DNA from: Candidatus Geocrenenecus huangii | GTDB taxonomy: Archaea; Thermoproteota; Nitrososphaeria_A; Caldarchaeales; Wolframiiraptoraceae | Assembly: GCA_023254095.1 (NCBI GenBank) | Contig: JALNLM010000015.1 | Coordinates: forward strand, 1 to 34,899 | DNA length: 34,899 nt | Direction: 5' to 3' | Shown here: piece by piece, positions 27,406 through 34,899 of the stretch | Layout of the letters: every line of letters starts with the position of its first letter | Numbering within the stretch: position 1 is the first letter of the stretch | Program-made: the position numbers and the translations under genes | Notes under the pieces: generated by a model | Database searches by the model: none | Told to the model about the DNA's origin: nothing | What the model saw: the letters and a program-made list of their open reading frames with translations, nothing else

Positions 27406-28989
27406 ATGAGTGAAAAAACCGATAGAACTACGGAAGAGTTAATAAACGAGTTAAATGAGATGAGGAAGAAATCTTTACTTGGTGGTGGAGTAGAAGCAAT
27501 CGAGAAACAGCATCAAGCAGGAAAACTAACAGCAAGAGAGAGGATCGATATACTACTGGATAAAGATAGCTTCATAGAACTAGACTCTTTCATGGTACAT
27601 AGGGCCGCTGAATTCGGCATGGATAAAAGGAGAGTCTTAGGCGATGGGATAGTTACGGGTCTAGGAAGGATAGATGGAAGATTAGTCGCCGTTTTCGCTC
27701 AAGATGCTACTTTCATGGGAGGGTCAATAGGCGAGATTCACGCCAACAAGATCTCTAGGATCCTAGATCGTGCAATGGAGTTGGGGGTGCCGATAATAGG
27801 CTTAAACGATTCTGGAGGTGCCAGAATCCAGGAAGGAGTTGCGTCTCTCCACGCTATAGGAGAATATTTTGCTAGAAATGTTAGAGCGTCAGGTGTGATT
27901 CCCCAGATCACTCTGATAATGGGGCCATGCGCTGGAGGAGCAGTGTACTCTCCAGCTCTTGGAGATTTTATCATAATGGTTGAGAAGACTAGCTACATGT
28001 TCATTACGGGGCCACGAGTAGTGAAAGCCGTAATGGGTGAGGATGTTTCTTTCGAGGAGCTGGGAGGGGCTGATGTCCATGCAAAGATATCCGGGGTCGC
28101 CGATTTCACAGCACCGAACGATGTTGAAGCATTAAATCTGGTTAGGAGGCTAGTGTCCTATCTTCCATCAAACTGTCTTGAAGAACCGCCATTCATTGAT
28201 ACTGGAGACCCACCAGATAGAATGAACGAAGAATTAAACTACATGATCCCTGATGATCCACGCAAGAGCTACAATATAAAAGATTTGATAAATCTCATAT
28301 TCGACAAAGGTACTTTCCTAGAGGTTAAAAAAGATTTTGCACCGAATGCAGTAGTAGGATTTGCAAGGTTAGCTGGAATGGTTGTAGGAGTTGTGGCAAA
28401 CCAGCCTGCATCACTGGCAGGTGTTCTAGATATAGATTCTTCTGATAAAATTGCTAGATTTGTTAGATTCTGCGATTGCTTCAACATCCCTCTAATAACG
28501 TTTGTAGACGTGCCAGGATATCTACCTGGGACGAAGCAAGAACATGGAGGAGTAATAAGGCATGGAGCGAAGGTTATCTTTGCTTATGTTGAGGCAACTG
28601 TCCCGAAGATCTCCGTCATCGCTAGAAAAGCTTATGGTGGAGCCTATATTGCGATGTGTAGTAAAAGCTTGGGGGCAGATATGGTCTTCGCCTATCCTAC
28701 AGCTGAGATAGCGGTTATGGGTCCTGAAGGTGCAGTAGAAATAATTTATAGGAAAGAAATAGATTCGGCGGAACCCTCAAAGAGGGAAGAGATTATAGCT
28801 CAGTTGATCAAAGAGTACAGGGTAAAGTTTGCGAACCCCTATGTCGCAGCAGGCCTAGGATACATTAACGCGGTAATAGAACCTAAAGAGACTAGGCCAA
28901 TGCTGGTTAAAGCTTTAAAGACATACATGAAAGGTAAGAGAAGCCTAGTATCAAGGCTTCCGAAAAAGCATGGTAACATTCCACTATGA
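27406..28989 (+). CDS. mmdA: Acyl-CoA carboxyltransferase (methylmalonyl-CoA decarboxylase alpha / PccB-like)
   Basis: GKLTARERI, DSGGARIQEG, GPCAGGAVYSP, VDVPGYLPG, RKAYGGAY, KKHGNIPL; abuts the decarboxylase beta gene. Confidence 0.9.
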   Translation: MSEKTDRTTEELINELNEMRKKSLLGGGVEAIEKQHQAGKLTARERIDILLDKDSFIELDSFMVHRAAEFGMDKRRVLGDGIVTGLGRIDGRLVAVFAQDATFMGGSIGEIHANKISRILDRAMELGVPIIGLNDSGGARIQEGVASLHAIGEYFARNVRASGVIPQITLIMGPCAGGAVYSPALGDFIIMVEKTSYMFITGPRVVKAVMGEDVSFEELGGADVHAKISGVADFTAPNDVEALNLVRRLVSYLPSNCLEEPPFIDTGDPPDRMNEELNYMIPDDPRKSYNIKDLINLIFDKGTFLEVKKDFAPNAVVGFARLAGMVVGVVANQPASLAGVLDIDSSDKIARFVRFCDCFNIPLITFVDVPGYLPGTKQEHGGVIRHGAKVIFAYVEATVPKISVIARKAYGGAYIAMCSKSLGADMVFAYPTAEIAVMGPEGAVEIIYRKEIDSAEPSKREEIIAQLIKEYRVKFANPYVAAGLGYINAVIEPKETRPMLVKALKTYMKGKRSLVSRLPKKHGNIPL

Positions 28990-30087
28990 TCAAAAATATG
29001 CTGGAAGTAGAGATAATACAATAGCTCCAGCGATGACAGAGGTTATCTGACCTCCAGTGTTTGCAGCCATTGCATGCATTAGTATCCAGTTATCAGGGTC
29101 TTCTTGCCTAGCGATGAGATGAGCTGTTCTCGCAGCCATCGGGAAAGCTGAGATACCCGTTGCGCCAATCAATGGATTTATCCTACCCTTAGTAAGGTAA
29201 TATGCAAGTTTAGCTGCAAGGAGACCGCATGATAAATCTGCGATGAAGGCGAAGACACCGAGGGCGAAGACTATTAATGTTGACAAGCTTATGAATTTTT
29301 CTGCCAACATAGTTCCACCGATACTAATACCTAGTAGTAACGTCACAATATTGGATAATTCATTTTGAGCCGATTTCGACAATCTTTCAACCACGCCGCA
29401 TTCTTTCAAGAAGTTTCCAAACATTAACGCCCCTATTAATGGGATACCCTTAGGAGCTATCAAGCCTATGATGACCGTTACCAGTACAGGGAAGATGACT
29501 TTAAGAGTTCTTGAATACTGTCCCTCCTTGTACTCCATCCTTGTAAGTCTCTCTTTCTTGCTTAGAAGTAGTTTCGACGCAGGTACTTGGAGAAGAGGCA
29601 CGATCGAGATGTACGTATAAGCTGAGACAGTAACAGGTCCTAGCAAGTCTGGTGCATATTTTGATGTTACATAGATTGCTGTTGGCCCATCCATTGCGCC
29701 GATTATACCTATGCTAGCAGCTTCACCAGGACTGAATCCCAAGGCTATGGCTAAGAGCATCGTTAAGGGAATTCCTAGATGTGCAGGTATTGTAATTAAG
29801 AGAACCCACGGGCGTTCAAAGAATGGGCCTAGGTCTATCATGGCTCCAATGCCTATGAAGACCAATATTGGGAATATCTCCGTGAGTATTCCGTAATCGT
29901 ATAGGTATCTAAGGAACCCTCCTAGCTCCATTAATTCCCCGAAAGGTATGTTTACTAAGATAGCTCCGAAGCCGATTGGTACCAAGAGGAGAGGCTCATA
30001 CCCTTTCTTAATCGCTAGATAAATAAGAATTGAGCCTACAGCGATCATTATTGCGTTGCCTGCATATGTCGTCAATGGATCCATCAT
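28990..30087 (-). CDS. mmdB: Na+-translocating decarboxylase beta subunit (OadB/MmdB)
   Basis: YEPLLLVPIGFG, IGIIGAMDGPTAIY, NPLIGATGISAFPMAAR, HAMAAN. Confidence 0.93.
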   Translation of the reverse strand: MMDPLTTYAGNAIMIAVGSILIYLAIKKGYEPLLLVPIGFGAILVNIPFGELMELGGFLRYLYDYGILTEIFPILVFIGIGAMIDLGPFFERPWVLLITIPAHLGIPLTMLLAIALGFSPGEAASIGIIGAMDGPTAIYVTSKYAPDLLGPVTVSAYTYISIVPLLQVPASKLLLSKKERLTRMEYKEGQYSRTLKVIFPVLVTVIIGLIAPKGIPLIGALMFGNFLKECGVVERLSKSAQNELSNIVTLLLGISIGGTMLAEKFISLSTLIVFALGVFAFIADLSCGLLAAKLAYYLTKGRINPLIGATGISAFPMAARTAHLIARQEDPDNWILMHAMAANTGGQITSVIAGAIVLSLLPAYF

Positions 30088-30096
30088 GGATTCACC

Positions 30097-30486
30097 CTAC
30101 TCTATCTCGACCAATGCTTCTCCTGCATTAACTGAAGCTCCTTCGGAAACATACACTCGCTTAACTCTACCTGATACGGGAGAATAAATTTCGTTCTCCA
30201 TCTTCATGCTTTCCAAGACTAGCAGAGGATCTCCAGCTCTAACATTATCGCCTTCCCTACATTTTATTGAAACGATCGTGCCCGGGATAGGTGCTCGGAC
30301 TAAACCCGGCGCTTTCGCTTTCTCGATCTTAGATTCAGGTATAACGGTCGGAACAGTTCTATGTTCCCCTATAGGAGCAGGAGCGGGTGAAGGTGTAGGA
30401 GCTGCAGGTAATTCTTCTATACCAATCTCCTCAATCTCGACTTCAAATACTTTGCCTCCTACTGTAACTCGGAATCTCCTCTTCAA
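30097..30486 (-). CDS. mmdC: Biotin carboxyl carrier subunit (ORF open to 30504)
   Basis: FRVTVGGKVFEVEIEE, Pro/Ala linker, APIPG, biotinylation motif ESMKM; TTG 30486 follows SD GGGGAG. Confidence 0.92.
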   Translation of the reverse strand: MKRRFRVTVGGKVFEVEIEEIGIEELPAAPTPSPAPAPIGEHRTVPTVIPESKIEKAKAPGLVRAPIPGTIVSIKCREGDNVRAGDPLLVLESMKMENEIYSPVSGRVKRVYVSEGASVNAGEALVEIE

Positions 30487-30487
30487 C

Positions 30488-30817
30488 CTACTCTCCCCCT
30501 TCATATCTTGAAGAATACAAAATGCTTGAAATCTTCCAGAGCGACGTTGTAGGCGTTAATGGTTCTCTTATATACTTGTTTTTTACCGGCAGAGATAACG
30601 TTGTGATAACAGCACTTAATCCTGCGATTAGTTCAAGGTCTTCTTCACCGACTTCTTCTTTCGATTCTGTTTTCTCCTCAATTTCTACAGCTTTAGAAGG
30701 CATGACTCGTCTGAGAAGGTAAGTTATTAGTAGTATTAGGAGTACTCCACCGGTAAGGAGTGCAAGCCATCCCAAAGTAAAACCGAACCCTAAATTTAGG
30801 TCTTCCATTAAGACCAT
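30488..30817 (-). CDS. Decarboxylase membrane-anchor subunit (OadG/MmdD-like)
   Basis: Single N-terminal TM helix, EEDLELIAGLSAVI, SLWK; first gene before mmdC and mmdB. Confidence 0.75.
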   Translation of the reverse strand: MVLMEDLNLGFGFTLGWLALLTGGVLLILLITYLLRRVMPSKAVEIEEKTESKEEVGEEDLELIAGLSAVITTLSLPVKNKYIREPLTPTTSLWKISSILYSSRYEGGE

Positions 30818-30853
30818 GGAATCAAAAATAAAGACCGACTATTTTAATATTAC

Positions 30854-30865
30854 ATTTATATAGCT
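30854..30865. promoter_or_regulatory. Candidate regulator site ATTTATATAGCT upstream of the decarboxylase operon
   Basis: 10/12 match to AGCTATATAGCT; 37 nt from the 30817 start. Confidence 0.35.
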
Positions 30866-30967
30866 TATTGAGAAGCATGATGCATTCAGGTCAATGTCGA
30901 TTAGCCACGTTATTGTTGAACTTCACATAGCTGAATCTTAATTAATAAATTTCAAGATTGACTAATC

Positions 30968-31723
30968 GTGGCGAGGATGGTTAATCTCGGAGATTTCGAG
31001 ATCTACTTCTATGACCTTGTTGATTCTACCCAAGACTTAGCTAGAAATCTTAGAGAGGCTAAGGAGTTTACTACAATAGTAGCTAGAGAACAAAGTAGGG
31101 CTCGTGGTAGATTTGGTAGAAGATGGTGCTCTCCTGTAGGTGGATTATGGTTTACAACTATTCTTTATCCTAAGACCAGTATATCGACTTATTCTATTCT
31201 CTGCTTACTTAGCTCATTATCCGTTGTCGAAGCAATAAAAGACCTTACGAGTATTGAAGCCTTTATCAAATGGCCTAACGACGTGTATGTGAGTGGGAAG
31301 AAAATTGCAGGTATTCTCGTAGAGTCAGAGGTATTTGGTGATATAATTGAGAGAGCGATAGTGGGAATAGGGTTAAACCTCAATTTTCGAATAGACGCAA
31401 TACCGGGCGAACTCAGGAATAAAGTGACCACGCTCCTTGAAGAATATGGTAAGCCAGTGCACACGGAAACTCTCCTACTAAGAATACTGAATGAATTAAA
31501 GAAGAATTATGAAAAGTACAAGATCGGAGCCTATTCTGAATTGATTGAAGCTATAAAGAGTGATATGGAGATTCTAGGTAGGGAGGCCGTGGTCTCTCTG
31601 AGCCATGGAGAAATATTAGGAGTAGTTAGAGATCTTGATATTGACGGCAACCTTATCTTCGAGTCATCAGGTGGAAAGATTGTTATTAAACCTTCAGAGA
31701 TTAAGAAGCTGGAACTTGTTTAG
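30968..31723 (+). CDS. birA: Biotin-protein ligase (class I, no HTH)
   Basis: DSTQ, QSRARGRFGRRW, KWPNDVY, KKIAGIL, GIGLNL. Confidence 0.94.
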   Translation: MARMVNLGDFEIYFYDLVDSTQDLARNLREAKEFTTIVAREQSRARGRFGRRWCSPVGGLWFTTILYPKTSISTYSILCLLSSLSVVEAIKDLTSIEAFIKWPNDVYVSGKKIAGILVESEVFGDIIERAIVGIGLNLNFRIDAIPGELRNKVTTLLEEYGKPVHTETLLLRILNELKKNYEKYKIGAYSELIEAIKSDMEILGREAVVSLSHGEILGVVRDLDIDGNLIFESSGGKIVIKPSEIKKLELV

Positions 31724-32282
31724 CTCTAAACCTGGCTATCATCTGCGAGAACTCTTTCCTCCTCAAGAGATATAGTATAAACGCTATCTTTAAACCATCT
31801 CCCGGGAGAAATACTAGTGAACCCGCTACTATCCCTCTGGTAATTGCTTCAGAGAATTCTAATCCTGCAAAACTTGAAAGCCAGAAGATCAACCATGGAA
31901 CACCGAGACCGTAAATAATCACTTCAGCTAAGATGCATGCTACTAACCCTTTGAATATCTGGTCGCCACTCGAAGGATTATAGGTTAAACCAGCAGTAGC
32001 GGCAGCAATGGGAAAAGATATTAGGTATCCAGCTGTAGGTCCTTGGAATGCTGTGAAACCACTTCTAAAGCCTGCGAATACTGGTAGCCCAATCAAGCCC
32101 ATCGCCAAATATATTGATTGAGATAGAAGACCTACAGTGAACCCTCCGACTAAACCTGAAAGTATCACGAAGAAAGATTGTAAAGTTATCGGAACTGGCC
32201 CAATGTAGAAAGCGAGCTGTGCGCCTAGAGATGTAAGGACTGCGAAGATACTTGATATAGTTATTACACGTCCTCTAACCAT
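31701..32282 (-). CDS. bioY: Biotin transporter BioY
   Basis: PVPITLQ, GLIGLPVFAG, GPTAGYLISF, FLPGD..K. Confidence 0.94.
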   Translation of the reverse strand: MVRGRVITISSIFAVLTSLGAQLAFYIGPVPITLQSFFVILSGLVGGFTVGLLSQSIYLAMGLIGLPVFAGFRSGFTAFQGPTAGYLISFPIAAATAGLTYNPSSGDQIFKGLVACILAEVIIYGLGVPWLIFWLSSFAGLEFSEAITRGIVAGSLVFLPGDGLKIAFILYLLRRKEFSQMIARFRAKQVPAS

Positions 32283-32357
32283 GCCTAGTACTAAAATTTA
32301 TCTCGATTTAAGATTAATTTCCAAAAAATAACAAAATAATAAAATGTGTATGTTTGT

Positions 32358-32828
32358 CTACTTCTTTGCTTTAGAAACACTTAAGATGGCTTCTATTATT
32401 GGTCTGTAGCCTGTACATCTGCAGAGAAGACCGTTAAGAGCTTCTACTACTTCTTCCTTTGAAGGTCTTGGATTTCGATTGATAAGCCAGTGACCTACTA
32501 TTAGGAATGCTGGTGTGCAGAATCCGCATTGTAGTGCTCCATGCTCTATGAATGCTTTCTGTAGCTCTGTGAGTTCACCGTCTCTTGACAAACCCTCAAC
32601 AGTAACAATCTCAGAACCATCAACCTCAACAGCAAGAACAAGACAAGACTTCACAGGCTCTCCATTCAGTAAGACAGTGCACAATCCGCAATCTCCTCTT
32701 TCACAGGCTTTCTTTGTTCCTTTCAATTTGAGTTCTTCCCTTATGAGCCATAGAAGAGTCTTATTCGGTGCAACCTCAACAGTTTTCTCAACGCCGTTTA
32801 TTTTAAAAGTTATCTTCTTTTTCTCCAT
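32358..32828 (-). CDS. Molybdenum hydroxylase [2Fe-2S] (small) subunit 2
   Basis: GTKKACERGDCGLCTV, QCGFCTP, LCRCTGY. Confidence 0.95.
   Translation of the reverse strand: MEKKKITFKINGVEKTVEVAPNKTLLWLIREELKLKGTKKACERGDCGLCTVLLNGEPVKSCLVLAVEVDGSEIVTVEGLSRDGELTELQKAFIEHGALQCGFCTPAFLIVGHWLINRNPRPSKEEVVEALNGLLCRCTGYRPIIEAILSVSKAKK
32505..32654 (-). repeat. 150-bp repeat, copy 2 (inverted, identical to 19955-20104)
   Basis: Reverse complement identical to 19955-20104. Confidence 0.93.
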
Positions 32829-33689
32829 CTACACAACCTCCACCATCTGCTTTAACAATCTTCTAGTTAAGACCTTTACCAAGTTCAATCTGTACTCTGC
32901 ACTTCCTCTAACATCTGATATGGGTGAAACCCTCTGTGATGCTACTTGAACTGCTCTCTCTATCCTTTCTTCCATCGTCCCATCTCTCGTAAAAGCTTCT
33001 TCCGCTTCTCTTATTCTTAGAGGTGTCGGAGCTACGCTAGAATAGGCGAGCCTGACTCTTAATTCTCTTCCCTCTCTATACCCTAAACCGGCAACTCCTA
33101 CTATGGCTAGGTCTTCACTCCAAACCCTCATCATCTTGAGATATCTTCCGAAAGAATTACTTGGAGGCTCGGGAACAACCACCTCTTTTACGACTTCTCC
33201 CGACCTCAATATAGTCTTCTTAACGCCTGTGAAGAACTTGTCTATTGGAACTTCCCGAGAACCTTCCTTACTTACTATCCTCACATTTGCTTCGAGGACT
33301 AGTAGAGCTGGAGCGCTATCTGCTGCAGGGCTTGCATTACATATGTTGCCTACGAGAGTTGCTCTATTCTTTAGGATTACGTCTCCGATAGTTTTTACAG
33401 CTTCCCATAAAACTGGATACTTCTCTCTGATTAGCTGAGATTCTAGAATCCTTCTAAGAGTGACTGTAGCACCTATTATCAGCCCCTCACCTTTTCTGTA
33501 TTCGAGCCTATCCAATTCTTTGATTTTCTTAATATCTACGAGATGTCTAGCTTTCTCCACTCTATCTCTTAATGATACTAGTAGGTCGGTACCTCCAGCC
33601 AATATCTTTGCCTTCTCTTGATATTTCTCTAGTACCTCGAATAATTCTTCAAGAGTCTTAGGAGATGAATATTCAAGTTTTGGAAGCAT
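32829..33689 (-). CDS. Molybdenum hydroxylase FAD (medium) subunit 2
   Basis: ILAGGTDL, KNRATLVGNICNASPAADS, ISDVRGSAEYR. Confidence 0.94.
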   Translation of the reverse strand: MLPKLEYSSPKTLEELFEVLEKYQEKAKILAGGTDLLVSLRDRVEKARHLVDIKKIKELDRLEYRKGEGLIIGATVTLRRILESQLIREKYPVLWEAVKTIGDVILKNRATLVGNICNASPAADSAPALLVLEANVRIVSKEGSREVPIDKFFTGVKKTILRSGEVVKEVVVPEPPSNSFGRYLKMMRVWSEDLAIVGVAGLGYREGRELRVRLAYSSVAPTPLRIREAEEAFTRDGTMEERIERAVQVASQRVSPISDVRGSAEYRLNLVKVLTRRLLKQMVEVV

Positions 33690-33693
33690 TTTT

Positions 33694-34899
33694 TCACTCC
33701 CCCTTGTTTAGTGCCCTCCATATATTTTCAAAAGTTAATGGTAGATTGTTAATGTTTATCCCAGTAGCGTGGAAGATAGCATTCGCGACAGCTGGTGGAA
33801 CCGATAGCATAGCAAGCTCCGCTACGCCTCTAGCCCCATAAGGCCCATCCTTTTGAGGGTTCTCTATTACTACTATCTCATATTCTTCAGGTATATCTCC
33901 CGCTCTAGCTATCTTGTAATCTGTTAGATTTGGATTAAGCATCTTTCCATTCTCATCATACCTATACTCTTCCCACATTCCTAAGCTGAGAGATTGGACT
34001 CCTCCCCCAATTATCTGTCCTTCAACAAGGAGAGGGTTTACTGCTTTCCCAACATCGAAGGCGGAAACGATTTTTAAGATCTTTACTTCACCCGTCTCTT
34101 CATCCAGCTCGATCTCTACGGCTTGAGCTCCAAAAGTCCATTTGAGAGCTGGGTACCCTTGACCCGTCTCAGGGTCTAGATACGTCAACCTACTTCCTAC
34201 ATAGTATCCACGGCCGATTATCGGTCCTCCGATAGTATTCCCGTCTGGATATACGTATCCAGCTGCTAAATCCTTCAAATATATACTCCATTCAGGTCTT
34301 CCCTTCACGTATACTTTCTCATCTTCTATTACTAGATCGTCTTTCGGAGTTCTCAGAACCTGAGAAGCTATATCTAGTATCTGCTCCTTAGCATCTCTTG
34401 CAGCCCTAATCACGGCCCTGCCTTCCATGAATAGGTTTCTACTTGCAACAGTCTGCCAAGAGTATGGTGTTAGATCGGTATGTCTAAATGGAACTACCTT
34501 TATCTTCTCTACAGGGACGCTAAGCTCTTCAGCGACTATCTGAGCTAGTGCCGTAACTGTTCCTTGACCTATCTCTGTCACCCCTACTGATAAGAGAATA
34601 GTCCCATCCTCATTCAGTTTGATTATTGCTGCTGATGCAGCGTTAGGAGGCATCGCAGGCGCTTTCCAAAGTGCAGCGATACCCTTCGCTCTAACCTTGC
34701 TTGAACTGATTTTCACAGGTGGGGTGCCCCAGCCAATCTTCTCAGCTACAGCTCTAATACATTGGTCTACTCTACCAGCATCTTCTCTCAATTTTTCACC
34801 TGTAGCAGTAGTAAGACCTGGAAGGAGAGCGTTCTTTAATCTAAATTCGACGGGATCCATCCCAATCTCTGCGGCCACTATCTCCATCTGCCTTTCTAT
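33694..34899 (-). CDS. Molybdenum hydroxylase large subunit 2, 5' part outside the window
   Basis: Frame open to the window edge; MDPVEFRLKN, GQGT, TVASR, YLDPETGQG, GARGVAE; paralogous to 16510-18906. Confidence 0.92.
   Translation of the reverse strand: MERQMEIVAAEIGMDPVEFRLKNALLPGLTTATGEKLREDAGRVDQCIRAVAEKIGWGTPPVKISSSKVRAKGIAALWKAPAMPPNAASAAIIKLNEDGTILLSVGVTEIGQGTVTALAQIVAEELSVPVEKIKVVPFRHTDLTPYSWQTVASRNLFMEGRAVIRAARDAKEQILDIASQVLRTPKDDLVIEDEKVYVKGRPEWSIYLKDLAAGYVYPDGNTIGGPIIGRGYYVGSRLTYLDPETGQGYPALKWTFGAQAVEIELDEETGEVKILKIVSAFDVGKAVNPLLVEGQIIGGGVQSLSLGMWEEYRYDENGKMLNPNLTDYKIARAGDIPEEYEIVVIENPQKDGPYGARGVAELAMLSVPPAVANAIFHATGININNLPLTFENIWRALNKGE

Noticed and set aside
9375-33438. Many 60-160 aa ORFs antisense to or nested in long genes (e.g. 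9375-9863, 21216-21653, 23774-24187, 30206-30511, 33103-33438)
   Set aside because: Overlap well-supported genes on the other strand or in another frame and show mirror-frame composition with no motifs.

Overview
Archaeal window from a probable thermophile. The CRISPR repeat ending ATTGAAAG, the archaeal tRNA-Asp without encoded CCA, TATA/BRE promoters and a Tat-exported Thr/Val-linker binding protein are TACK/Thermoproteota-like; this taxonomy is inference. It opens with the trailer end of a CRISPR array whose last intact repeat abuts a convergent Sm/LSm-fold gene. Next come tRNA-Asp(GUC), an amber-interrupted SAM methyltransferase, an orphan N4/N6-type methyltransferase, thi4, DUF1464 and a PadR-ABC-2 exporter operon. 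The remaining ~26 kb is one catabolic neighbourhood: nucleoside-type ABC importer with BMP binding protein, TudS/DUF523-like desulfidase, cyclase-family amidohydrolase, CoxG, two three-subunit molybdenum hydroxylases (not CO dehydrogenases), FdrA/DUF1116/DUF2877 (AllFGH-like) with a ubiquitin-like sulfur carrier, prpB-prpD, and a Na+-pumping methylmalonyl-CoA-type decarboxylase with birA and bioY. The best candidate for a new system is an oxidative (thio)pyrimidine degradation route feeding (methyl)malonyl-CoA decarboxylation and the methylcitrate cycle (hypothesis). Other signals: a perfect 150-bp inverted repeat shared by the two small-subunit genes, a CTG start for the first large subunit, a shared AGCTATATAGCT promoter palindrome, and an unannotated 57-aa FdrA-associated gene. 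Family assignments come from motif recognition by eye; no database search was run.
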